A stretch of DNA of 52,201 nucleotides from a virus (taxonomy: Duplodnaviria > Heunggongvirae > Uroviricota > Caudoviricetes), in IMG/VR virus record IMGVR_UViG_3300031993_004551, positions 64,001 to 116,201 of that record, one strand, 5' to 3'. The translations under genes and the position numbers were made by a program. The notes beneath the pieces are model-generated. The model saw only the letters and a list, made by a program, of their open reading frames with translations. It did no database searches and had not been told where the DNA came from. Shown in pieces: positions 10,921 to 19,975 of the stretch. The stretch's first letter is position 1. Each line of letters begins with the position of its first letter.

Positions 10921-11553
10921 CTATTTTAGGTCTCGCACGAGTCTAATACTAAGTTGTGCATCACCCGAATAAAAGTATGAATGGTTTTCTGATGATATGC
11001 TGCTGTAAGTAGAACGGATAGAAGCGTACGCATGTTGGTTGTTTACAACAACAGCCATGTATGATATTGAATATTTATTTTCCGAGGGTTCATAGCTTCC
11101 TGTTCGGTAAGCTCCGCCGACCGCAGTAAAACCGGTTGAGTTTGTCCTTGCTGGGTTTCCAGTCCAAGAAAACGTTGTGCTTAACAAGTCTTTAAGGTCA
11201 TTGGAAAATAAAGCGCCAAAATCATTTCTATTCGGAACGCGCCACTTCGGATATAGCTGCGGTAGTATATTGTCACGGACGTAGTTGATAGCCGGACGGT
11301 TATATAGCAGACCCGCCTTATAACCGCCCCATCCCCACGTGCGATTATCGTTGCCGGGATATGCTGCGACCGGATTCGTAGATGAACTGGTGTACGCATC
11401 TACGGTAAGGCCACTCCATGCGTAGTCAAGGTTATATTGCAACCATGCTCGATTTCCGATGACGACAACGGGATAAGTCTTGCCACCGATAACCAAGTAC
11501 GGCTCGACTTTATCGATTTTTAAACTATTTATGCCGTGGTGATTCAAAATCAT
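10921..11553 (-). CDS. Fib_succ_major (FISUMP) domain protein
   Basis: YPVVVIGNRAWLQYNL, GLLYN, WRVPNRNDF, TGFTAVGGAYR, SIRLVRD. Confidence 0.75.
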   Translation of the reverse strand: MILNHHGINSLKIDKVEPYLVIGGKTYPVVVIGNRAWLQYNLDYAWSGLTVDAYTSSSTNPVAAYPGNDNRTWGWGGYKAGLLYNRPAINYVRDNILPQLYPKWRVPNRNDFGALFSNDLKDLLSTTFSWTGNPARTNSTGFTAVGGAYRTGSYEPSENKYSISYMAVVVNNQHAYASIRSTYSSISSENHSYFYSGDAQLSIRLVRDLK

Positions 11554-12449
11554 CTGTCATCTCCGCGGTCTTCCGGCAATATACCGTCATCATCTCCTCC
11601 TTCGGGTGAGGAGTCTTCCGGCACTCCGCGAGTTTCCGATTCAGTTGCGGATAAATTACGCTGTGCATTCGGGTCAGCAAACTCTGCCATCGTCCAGCAC
11701 GAGCCTACGCAAGTTATCTGATAAAACTTGCCGTTAGACATGGAGTTGCCCCCGGCGGCGGACGGTCGTAACGTTTGGGATATGCCACCAATGGTGCTGG
11801 TGACTGCAAGGGTGACATCGGTCCCTGCGCTTACCTCGACCGCGAAGTTTGCTATCTCGCCGTTACCTAGCACGACGTTGAGCGTGAGGCTGGATTGGTT
11901 AGTGGTAAGCCTGGACAGTGCGTTGTTGGTCACGTTGACGACGGATGCGTCGGTGAGCGTACCCCCGTCGGCGATTGACCCTATCTTCGCCTCGACTACA
12001 GCAAGTTCCGCCTTCGTGGCATAGGTAGCAACGATATTATTACCATCCTCGTCGGCAACAGACCTTTCGGCACCGATTCCGACATTGTTCACCTTCGCTA
12101 CGAGGGTAACGAAGTTTTCGCCGCTGATAGGTTCATTGTTATCATCAAGTATCTGGTCGCCGGTTCCATCGGTGATAACGTCACCGAACTGTTCAGTGGA
12201 TATCGACAACCAGCTCTTTGTTCCGTCTGCTGAACCGCCGAGAATTACATTATCCTCGGTAGGGTCGGGTATTTGCGATACGCCAGATATGGGTTTGCCG
12301 CCAATCGCGGTGACTGTACTGTTCACAATAGTAAGGGTTAGGTCGTTGCCAGTTACATCGTTAGATGCACGTTCTGCATATTCGGAATGCTTCGCACTGA
12401 ATCCGACTCCATTAAATTCCGTCCATAGATTTGTATTTTTTGCTGCCAT
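11550..12449 (-). CDS. Virion appendage protein with shared anchor motif
   Basis: AERASNDVTGN and AERSVADEDGNNIVATYATK motifs shared with neighbouring genes; GAGG RBS; acidic tail. Confidence 0.5.
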   Translation of the reverse strand: MAAKNTNLWTEFNGVGFSAKHSEYAERASNDVTGNDLTLTIVNSTVTAIGGKPISGVSQIPDPTEDNVILGGSADGTKSWLSISTEQFGDVITDGTGDQILDDNNEPISGENFVTLVAKVNNVGIGAERSVADEDGNNIVATYATKAELAVVEAKIGSIADGGTLTDASVVNVTNNALSRLTTNQSSLTLNVVLGNGEIANFAVEVSAGTDVTLAVTSTIGGISQTLRPSAAGGNSMSNGKFYQITCVGSCWTMAEFADPNAQRNLSATESETRGVPEDSSPEGGDDDGILPEDRGDDR

Positions 12450-12462
12450 AAAATAACCTCAA

Positions 12463-13380
12463 CTATTGCGCTTTGAGCATGTATTCATCATTATAGATGT
12501 GCGGTATCGTTGGCACGGTGAAATTATCCTTGTATACAACATAGTCATATACTGCAGCTTGGGTAATTGGTGAGTTTGAATGAATCAAAAAGTTAGATGC
12601 CGAATTGTGTGTTCCTGATATTTCATATTGTCCTAGTGATTGGCCATCAATAAAAATCGTACACCTGGTTGTTAATGAATCGTAGGTGACTGCAACATGA
12701 TGCCATTTATTACGAGAAATATTAGTGCTTATCGTGTGTATTATATTATAGTAAGAAAACGTACTATCTTTGTGTATTTTGATATTATTGAACCCTATAC
12801 CTACCATAAATTTAATGTAGAATGTTGGATAATATGTGCCACCGCCGGAGTAGCCTGGACTACCCCAAGTAATGCCGCAAAAATCGCGTAAGTCATATCC
12901 GAATATTAAGTATTCTACGGTAAAACTTTTATTTTGATTCCATAAGTTTAATATTTCTGGTGTCGTGCATTTCGAGGGAGAATCTGGATAGCTTTGGGTA
13001 AACACGTGCCAACTTTGTAAGTTGTCGTAATCTGTGAAGGCTAACCTAGAATCTGTAGTTACGTTGGTTGGGTAAATGGATAAGCCTTCACTATATCCAC
13101 GATAAGCAATACCCAGATATTTTTTAACCGGCGGAGGTATAGGGATTGAAGCTTGGGTCCACCCAGCCCATGCAAATGTATCATTTCCCGTACACGTTAA
13201 TGATGACGTGGGTGTTGCGCCGGACGGTGCAACATGATTCAGTTCTTCCTTGGTGGCATAAGTTTCCACAATTGGATTGCCGTTTTCGTCATTTTTAGCA
13301 TTATTCGCGTACTTGGAATATTGTGCGGCAAAACCATGTCCGTCATATTCGTCGATTAATGTTCTTGAAATTATTGCCAT
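12463..13380 (-). CDS. Anchor motif plus LamG/ConA-like lectin domain protein
   Basis: DENGNPIVETYATK; C-terminal KWHHVAVTYD...IFIDGQ LamG signature; GGAGG RBS. Confidence 0.7.
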   Translation of the reverse strand: MAIISRTLIDEYDGHGFAAQYSKYANNAKNDENGNPIVETYATKEELNHVAPSGATPTSSLTCTGNDTFAWAGWTQASIPIPPPVKKYLGIAYRGYSEGLSIYPTNVTTDSRLAFTDYDNLQSWHVFTQSYPDSPSKCTTPEILNLWNQNKSFTVEYLIFGYDLRDFCGITWGSPGYSGGGTYYPTFYIKFMVGIGFNNIKIHKDSTFSYYNIIHTISTNISRNKWHHVAVTYDSLTTRCTIFIDGQSLGQYEISGTHNSASNFLIHSNSPITQAAVYDYVVYKDNFTVPTIPHIYNDEYMLKAQ

Positions 13381-13389
13381 GATTGCCTC

Positions 13390-14136
13390 CTATGCATTTC
13401 TTACGATACGGATAGAACATTGGGTACGAGCTTCGGCGTAGTACGATGCGCTAATGCCATCTAGTGTAATGTACGCATACTTACCTGCATCTCCTATTGT
13501 TCTGTAAAACGTCCCGGTCGAAATGTTTAAATACTTCATATAACCATTGCTGTATATACGAAGCCCGCATGGCATAGCGCTGAAACCAGATGCGTTCGTA
13601 CCGGGTGATGTCCATTCAGTTGTTGTTCGTAGTTTAGCTGAGTCGTTATTAACTACGGTGGAATTAAATAGAGCAGTAAAATCAGTTGCTGTTGCTACTC
13701 GCCACCCATCAGTTAAAATAGAGTTGATATATTCAGCGGCTGGATAGTTGTACAACAAGCCATATTTTTTACCATTAACTCCATAGGTAGATTCATCACT
13801 ATTATAGTAGCTTCCATACGGTTCCGTTGAAGAACCATCGTTATTGGCGGTTGCTATGTGCAATCCGTCCCACTTGTAGTCTATATTTTCTGTAGTCCAA
13901 ATGAGATTGCCAATTTGTACTGTAGGATAAGCTCTGGTGTCGTTGCCAACCGATACATAGTCGCTATCATTCCATGAGTATGACGCGGTATGCAATAACG
14001 CGACTTTCATGAATGTATTATCACTTTCTACCTTGGTGGCATAAGTTTCCACAATGGAATTGCCATTTATGTCCTTATTGGCTCTTTCGGCCAATATTTT
14101 TTGGCTACCGAACCCAGTAAATAATTCCTCTGCCAT
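13390..14136 (-). CDS. Anchor motif plus FISUMP domain protein
   Basis: AERANKDINGNSIVETYATK, then YPTVQIGNLIWTTENI, YGLLYNY, GWRVAT, SGFSAMPCG, SIRIVRN. Confidence 0.8.
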   Translation of the reverse strand: MAEELFTGFGSQKILAERANKDINGNSIVETYATKVESDNTFMKVALLHTASYSWNDSDYVSVGNDTRAYPTVQIGNLIWTTENIDYKWDGLHIATANNDGSSTEPYGSYYNSDESTYGVNGKKYGLLYNYPAAEYINSILTDGWRVATATDFTALFNSTVVNNDSAKLRTTTEWTSPGTNASGFSAMPCGLRIYSNGYMKYLNISTGTFYRTIGDAGKYAYITLDGISASYYAEARTQCSIRIVRNA

Positions 14137-14137
14137 A

Positions 14138-15085
14138 CTAGTACCCAAGCTCCATTATATTAAAGAAGTTTATAGCCATAGTGACTAATCCGGCGATTAG
14201 TCCACCTGTGAAAAATGCAGTCGCCAGCATGGCGGCTTTCAGTATGAAGTCCTTCGACTTCGCGTATCTGTCCAGCATACGGTAGCGTTCCATTATCTTG
14301 TGACGACCTTGGATATGGTCGAACAAGCCGTCGCTGCGCTCATGCGAACGGTGTCCTACCGTCACGCGGTTGGTTATCCATATGTCCAGACCGGCGTACA
14401 GAGCGTCGATACCCATAGCCACATCCTCGTAACCCCAGCCGTCGCCGAACGCATCCGAATCGAATATTCCTTCCTTCAATCCGTATGTCTTCGTCTGGAA
14501 CTTCCTGAGTTTTATCAAGCCTTCCTTGGTGAATCCAAAGTTACAGCTCCAACCAATCATTCCAGTGAGCATCAGGTCGAGCCGTTCGGAAAATGTCTTG
14601 GCCTCTTGCCAAGCGATTACGGCTCCGGCGACTACGCGCAAGTCGGTGTAGTCAATCGGCTCGCCTTTCCACATGTTGTCCATGTTGGCGGTCAGCAAGT
14701 CCGACGGCGGTGCCGATAGCGTTGATACGTCCTCGTGCTTCCTTGTTCCGAATATGAGGTCGTGCTCAGCCAGCAACTTCTTATACTCTCCGAGGAAACC
14801 ACCCGAATCTGGATAGCAGTCGCCGTCCATGAATACTATCGCATCGCAGTCGGATGCAATGAAGTGGCTGATTACCGAATTGCGGTTTCCGCAACGACCG
14901 ATGAACTTGCCGTGGTTGTTAAGCGGAACCACGAAACCGGGGTCACCGGGAAGGTTCCAGTAAGGCTTTGCGTCGGACATGATGTAGACGATATCCGGAA
15001 CCACGCTATTGGAATACAGCGACGAAATAGTCTTGCGAACTAGTTCGTGCTGGTTATGACATGTTATCGCTACCGCTATCTTCAT
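14138..15085 (-). CDS. GT2-like glycosyltransferase with C-terminal hydrophobic helix
   Basis: IAVAITCHN, IVFMDGDC (DxD), GWGYED; C-terminal AAMLATAFFTGGLIAGLVTMAINFF. Confidence 0.75.
   Translation of the reverse strand: MKIAVAITCHNQHELVRKTISSLYSNSVVPDIVYIMSDAKPYWNLPGDPGFVVPLNNHGKFIGRCGNRNSVISHFIASDCDAIVFMDGDCYPDSGGFLGEYKKLLAEHDLIFGTRKHEDVSTLSAPPSDLLTANMDNMWKGEPIDYTDLRVVAGAVIAWQEAKTFSERLDLMLTGMIGWSCNFGFTKEGLIKLRKFQTKTYGLKEGIFDSDAFGDGWGYEDVAMGIDALYAGLDIWITNRVTVGHRSHERSDGLFDHIQGRHKIMERYRMLDRYAKSKDFILKAAMLATAFFTGGLIAGLVTMAINFFNIMELGY
14167..14174 (-). promoter_or_regulatory. TATAAACT putative late promoter inside the 3' end of the GT2 gene
   Basis: Exact motif upstream of ATG 14136. Confidence 0.65.
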
Positions 15086-15086
15086 G

Positions 15087-18000
15087 TTATACCACCGTCG
15101 CCGTATTCATTGCAACCCATGTGTAGGTCTTCGTTCCGTTGCTGACAGAACACTTGAGCATGTAGTCGCCGTCCGTCGTCGGGGCGGACGGAATGTTCGA
15201 TGCTGTAATATCGCCGCCAATCTTCAAGTCGCCGTTGGCATAGAGTTCCATAGCGTTCTTACGGACAATAGTGTCGTTTGCCTTGGTATAACCTGTACCA
15301 ACAATGAATGTTGCTGGCACATCATTAACCCAATCCAACGCAGACCATGTGCCGGTAACATTATCGTGGATGCATCTGTAATAATCGTCGTTATATATAA
15401 CATACATACCACTGGAATACGTGCTAGATGTACGATATTCGTTTGCGCCATCCTTGTCGCTTGCTATAACTTTGTTATAGAATCCAAGAACGCTTTGCCA
15501 CGGGTTTGCTTCTAGGTAGGAACCAATAGCCAATGCATGGCCGCCATTTGCAATAGACTTACATCCGATTGCGGTATCGTAATTACGACCTACTCGGTTT
15601 TCTCGTCCTATAGCAACCATAAATCCGTCATCATCGTCGTATAACTGCTCTTGTGGGACCGAGAGCGGCCTATAAGAACGGTTACCGTAACCAAGCAAGA
15701 TTGAGTTATGGTGACGGGATTGGTTTCTTGCGCCTAGCAAAATGGAACTGGTTTCCGGCATATCGCCGATGAATACCGAGTCGTAAGTAGATACGTTATA
15801 CCCATCAATGGTAACGTCAATAAGCGAAATTGCGTTTGTCCACGCGCCAGACGGTAGATTTCCCAGCGTAAGTGCGGTATTAGACACTTTAACTAGTGCT
15901 GGATATGTATTGGTTTTAATTATGTTGAACGTTAGGGTAGACGCTGGTGTTGAGGTTCCGGTTTTGTCATATAGGGCAAACACCAAATTTTTACCATTTG
16001 ACAAATTGAACGGCGTTGTAAATTCAATTGACGTACGGTCGCCCTGCGCATTGAATGTAACCTCTCCGTCATATACTTTGGTAAGCGACGAAACTGGTAT
16101 CCAATCCGATTGGGTATCAAATACGGTTTTGCTCGTCTCTCCTACATATACTTCGAAAGTACGAACTGTACGACTTAGCACAGTGTAGTTGAATGTAATT
16201 CTAGTTACAGAGCCTCCCTGATTTTCTAATGCCGTAATCGGAATAATCTGTTCAGAAAATGTATATTGTATAGCCGTTCGTGTCGGTAAGTATTCCGAGG
16301 TAGCCATCGATGCCGGAACTTCCCAGTTTAGATGTTCCTTGTTGGAAGACGACTCGTTATACATGCCTAAGAGAAGTGCGTGGCTTCCATTTACTCGCTC
16401 AGTTCGGTTTCCGACGCCGTATGCGAATGCCCAACCAGATACATCATTTAGCTTTCCAAGCGCATAAGCTTCGAGGGACGTACGATTCTCGATACCAACG
16501 GCAATGTTGTAACCGCCGGAAAGTATGTTATTGGACGTACCTATTGCTGCACCTGTAGTTCCACTTAACGTTATCTTGTTACTTACGCCAATAGCGGTAC
16601 TGCCGTTATACGCTTCGTTGTTTTGACCGAAGGCTGACGAGTTGTTCTGTGCTTTGTTGGATACACCGACGGCTACGCCGGTATCACTTACGTTACTATT
16701 ATATATACCCATAGCGACCGAGTTGGCACCAATATTGGTGTTAAAAGCACCAAACACTTGGGATGCCGAATCCACTACGGCGTTATTGTGGCCAAAAATG
16801 CTAACTTTGCCAAAAGGTGACCCAGAAACGCTAGTTTTATTTGTACGATTGTTAAAGCCGGCGACAACAACTTCACCACTCGGAATTGTGTTGCTGTCAC
16901 CAAAGGAATATATATTGCTATTCGACACGTCGTCACTGCCGAGCGTATTGCGAAGACCAACGGCGAACGAATAAGCTTTTATAGTATTATTGGCACCAAC
17001 GGCATATCCGCCCTTACTATTTGCCAGATTATTATTCGCACCAAAGGCAAAACTGCCGTAGCTACTGGTGTTATTAGAGCCAAAGAGATAAGACATTAAA
17101 TTAGCCGTATTACCAGCACCGATTGCAATACTTGAATTGTTTGCGGTAGTAGTATTAGCGGCAGAAGGATTTTGAGCAATTGCGATAGAAGCCGTTGTTG
17201 CAACGGCATTGATGCCAATAGCCACACTACCGCCTGATGCCGTCGTTCCGGTTAAATGAGATACGTCCGTAAGGGAGCGTCCTATTGAAACAGAACCGCC
17301 CGATGCACTAATGCCCTGGCCTAGTGTCAATCCAAATGTGTCGGCGGTGTTGTCTTTACCGAGGTTAAACCCTTCTCCGGTAATCGTATTATTGCGACCG
17401 ATATTTACTGATAGGCTATGCGGATATAATGCAGCCGATGCAAGATTATTGCCGGTAATCGTATTATCGCGACCTAACTGGTATGCGTTTGCTGCGTTAG
17501 TGGCAGTATTGGTCTGACCTATCGAGGTTACATAGGTGTTGGAATAGTCTGTGTCGTCGTCAAATGAAGCTGAATTGGTGTGTCCAATCAAGATAGTATT
17601 GTCACGTGTAAGCGAATTGTACCAACCAATATTGACATTGTAATCACCGGTAATGTTGCTGAAACTAGACATTACTCGGTTGTACGAACCCTTAACGGTC
17701 TGGTATTGAGCCAATACGAAGTTGTAATTTGAATCTTCGGAAATCTCACCGCCTTCGCCCAATATCGCCAAGTTGTAATTGGATTTAACAGCACCAACTT
17801 TAGAGACGTTGCCAACCGAGCCGAATGAAGTAATGACAGCATTATAATCACCGTTAACATTACCGTATACGGAAAGAACCGCATTTCTCTCTCCCTTAAC
17901 GGATGCGATAGAACCGACAACTGCATTTTTAGTTCCTTTAACGATTGCGCTAGAACCGACCACTATCGTCTCGGTAGTTGTTGATGAACTGCCAATATAT

Positions 18001-18950
18001 TGGATTGGTTCAAGCGTATTTGAGTACCCAAAAACAGCACTCTGTTGGACATGAGTTAGCGAGTTGTTATAACCGACAGATGCCGATAACCTAACGTCTG
18101 TAGTCTTGTTGAGCACACCGATAATCGCCGATTCATACGCAGTGCCTTTATTTGGTGAACCGTTTGCGTCGATTCCTACACCGGTATTACTGTTTCCTAT
18201 GACGGTAATCAGTTGGTCACCAGAAAATTTGTTTTCTGAACCAAAAACGGAACCGGATGCGACTCCGGAGATGTCATTAAGCCTACCAGCTACAATCAAG
18301 TTCTGTGCTGCGCCGGATATAGTGTTATTATATCCGAAAATTGATATTTCGGACGTGCCAGTGTTAACGTTGTTGTGTCCGACTGTAATCGATATGGCCG
18401 AATTAGTATTTGGTATGCTGTTGCTGTTACCAAGCATCAATGCCGTATTCGATTTAGCTGTGTTTCCATGGCCAGCGATTAATGAACTGGTTCCGTAATA
18501 TCCAATCGTGTTGTTCGAACCGATATATATGCCAGTGCCATCAACTGCCGTGCTGGATGAATTGTTGTCTTCCGACCATATCTTCCAAGAATCAAGCACC
18601 ATTCCGGTATCGCCTATGCACTCCCAACCGTATGTTTGGTCTGGTAGCATAGTCCATATCCATTCCTTGTACTTGTCTTCGGTAGTTACGCTGTCTATAC
18701 GCACTAAATAGATATACTTTGTTGATGGTGTACTTACATCTGGGTGATTATCTACTCCAGTCCCAGGTTTTTTCAAGTAGCCGCCGAAGTTGCTTAGTGC
18801 TTCGGTAACCGCGTGGTTGGAAATCGGGTGCAGTGATTCTACATTCAATGCATCATCGACTATAACTTCGGGAGGAATCAAGCTCTTGATTTTACGGTAT
18901 AATTCTTTGACTCCGGCTTCGCCGACATAAACCTTTTCTTCGTTAGCCAT
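15087..18950 (-). CDS. Large adhesin/tail fibre with YadA-head-like beta-roll repeats (~1287 aa)
   Basis: Dozens of (S/A)xx(F/I/V)GxxN repeats; C-terminal FIVGTG...RKNAMELYANGD. Real start MANEEK at 18950, with GAGG RBS, overlapping the upstream stop. Confidence 0.75.
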   Translation of the reverse strand: MANEEKVYVGEAGVKELYRKIKSLIPPEVIVDDALNVESLHPISNHAVTEALSNFGGYLKKPGTGVDNHPDVSTPSTKYIYLVRIDSVTTEDKYKEWIWTMLPDQTYGWECIGDTGMVLDSWKIWSEDNNSSSTAVDGTGIYIGSNNTIGYYGTSSLIAGHGNTAKSNTALMLGNSNSIPNTNSAISITVGHNNVNTGTSEISIFGYNNTISGAAQNLIVAGRLNDISGVASGSVFGSENKFSGDQLITVIGNSNTGVGIDANGSPNKGTAYESAIIGVLNKTTDVRLSASVGYNNSLTHVQQSAVFGYSNTLEPIQYIGSSSTTTETIVVGSSAIVKGTKNAVVGSIASVKGERNAVLSVYGNVNGDYNAVITSFGSVGNVSKVGAVKSNYNLAILGEGGEISEDSNYNFVLAQYQTVKGSYNRVMSSFSNITGDYNVNIGWYNSLTRDNTILIGHTNSASFDDDTDYSNTYVTSIGQTNTATNAANAYQLGRDNTITGNNLASAALYPHSLSVNIGRNNTITGEGFNLGKDNTADTFGLTLGQGISASGGSVSIGRSLTDVSHLTGTTASGGSVAIGINAVATTASIAIAQNPSAANTTTANNSSIAIGAGNTANLMSYLFGSNNTSSYGSFAFGANNNLANSKGGYAVGANNTIKAYSFAVGLRNTLGSDDVSNSNIYSFGDSNTIPSGEVVVAGFNNRTNKTSVSGSPFGKVSIFGHNNAVVDSASQVFGAFNTNIGANSVAMGIYNSNVSDTGVAVGVSNKAQNNSSAFGQNNEAYNGSTAIGVSNKITLSGTTGAAIGTSNNILSGGYNIAVGIENRTSLEAYALGKLNDVSGWAFAYGVGNRTERVNGSHALLLGMYNESSSNKEHLNWEVPASMATSEYLPTRTAIQYTFSEQIIPITALENQGGSVTRITFNYTVLSRTVRTFEVYVGETSKTVFDTQSDWIPVSSLTKVYDGEVTFNAQGDRTSIEFTTPFNLSNGKNLVFALYDKTGTSTPASTLTFNIIKTNTYPALVKVSNTALTLGNLPSGAWTNAISLIDVTIDGYNVSTYDSVFIGDMPETSSILLGARNQSRHHNSILLGYGNRSYRPLSVPQEQLYDDDDGFMVAIGRENRVGRNYDTAIGCKSIANGGHALAIGSYLEANPWQSVLGFYNKVIASDKDGANEYRTSSTYSSGMYVIYNDDYYRCIHDNVTGTWSALDWVNDVPATFIVGTGYTKANDTIVRKNAMELYANGDLKIGGDITASNIPSAPTTDGDYMLKCSVSNGTKTYTWVAMNTATVV

Positions 18951-19923
18951 TATTAACCTCGTTATCAACGTCTTCAAGCCATGTGTCGATTTCATCTGAA
19001 CGGCATGCTCGTGTGTGTTCAACATCTTTCCAAGTTCCATCGCCGCTCAAGTATTTGTTTTGGTCGCCAGCAACCGGTGCCGGTACAATGCCAGCCTCGC
19101 CGTTAGTACTGGCGGTGGCTCCAGACATGCGTGGGACTTCTGGAATGACGATTTCACCCCAAGTTCCGTCGCCCTTCAAATACTTATCTCTATCGGCAAT
19201 AAGAGGAGCCGGAACAAAGCCGGTCGTCCCGTTTTCATTCTCGGTAGCCCCCTGGAAATTCCCAGGCTTATTCTTCAGGAAGTCCGGCTGGGTATCGTCA
19301 GCCTGGTTCCAATCCGTCTGTACCTGTGCCGCCGGAATTTCCGGCTTGTCCTCAAGGTCATTGTATGAACCCGAAGTAGCCACCTCGGCCAGCTCCGGCT
19401 TATTGAGAATGAAGGACAGCTCTTCCTCGTTTTCCTCTGCCCAGTCCGCCTGTACCTGTTCAGGAATCTCGATTTCGGCCCAGACGCCGCCACCGGTAAG
19501 AACACGGTTCTCGTCACCGGCCTTTGGTGCCGGGACTGTACCGGATGTACCGTCGTTCCTTGCATCCGCACCATTGAATTCAGGCGCGTGTACGGTAAAC
19601 TCAGTTCCGTCGCTAGTATCCTTGGTATCCACCTTGATATTGTCGCCAGCGACCACCTCTACCGCCCGGGACCGGTAAATCTTCGGCGGGCAGTTGCATT
19701 CCGGGCTCGGCTCGGGAGGAACCGGCTCAGGACGCGGAGGATGGATGTTCGGGTCAGGGACCTGGACAAACGGGCTGCAACCGCAAGGCCCACGCCCATG
19801 ATGCATAGAAATGTAACCCGGAGCGCCAACAAGCGGGTCGGGATAAGTCTTCGACGGGATATACTCCGAAGGTCCCTTCTTGGGACGCGGAGGTGGCGGT
19901 AAGCAGTTGCACGGTTTCTTCAT
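18943..19923 (-). CDS. Pro/Cys-rich fibre-associated repeat protein
   Basis: Three GxxGxVPAPxxxDxxxxLxGxGxW repeats; two QVQxDW...NKP repeats; N-terminal CNC/CGC motifs. Confidence 0.6.
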   Translation of the reverse strand: MKKPCNCLPPPPRPKKGPSEYIPSKTYPDPLVGAPGYISMHHGRGPCGCSPFVQVPDPNIHPPRPEPVPPEPSPECNCPPKIYRSRAVEVVAGDNIKVDTKDTSDGTEFTVHAPEFNGADARNDGTSGTVPAPKAGDENRVLTGGGVWAEIEIPEQVQADWAEENEEELSFILNKPELAEVATSGSYNDLEDKPEIPAAQVQTDWNQADDTQPDFLKNKPGNFQGATENENGTTGFVPAPLIADRDKYLKGDGTWGEIVIPEVPRMSGATASTNGEAGIVPAPVAGDQNKYLSGDGTWKDVEHTRACRSDEIDTWLEDVDNEVNNG

Positions 19924-19930
19924 ACCGGTC

Positions 19931-19968
19931 AGTTTATACGATTGTCCTGCCCCGGGTAGATATAAACT
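19931..19968. promoter_or_regulatory. Divergent TATAAACT late-promoter pair
   Basis: AGTTTATA-N22-TATAAACT; each motif is 7 nt from an ATG. Confidence 0.75.
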
Positions 19969-19975
19969 CCCTCAT

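Noticed and set aside
10027-14136. Diversity-generating retroelement acting on FISUMP C-termini
   Set aside because: The three 3' ends are not near-identical, and no adenine-only-mismatch TR/VR pair or RT is visible in this window. One could exist elsewhere in the genome.
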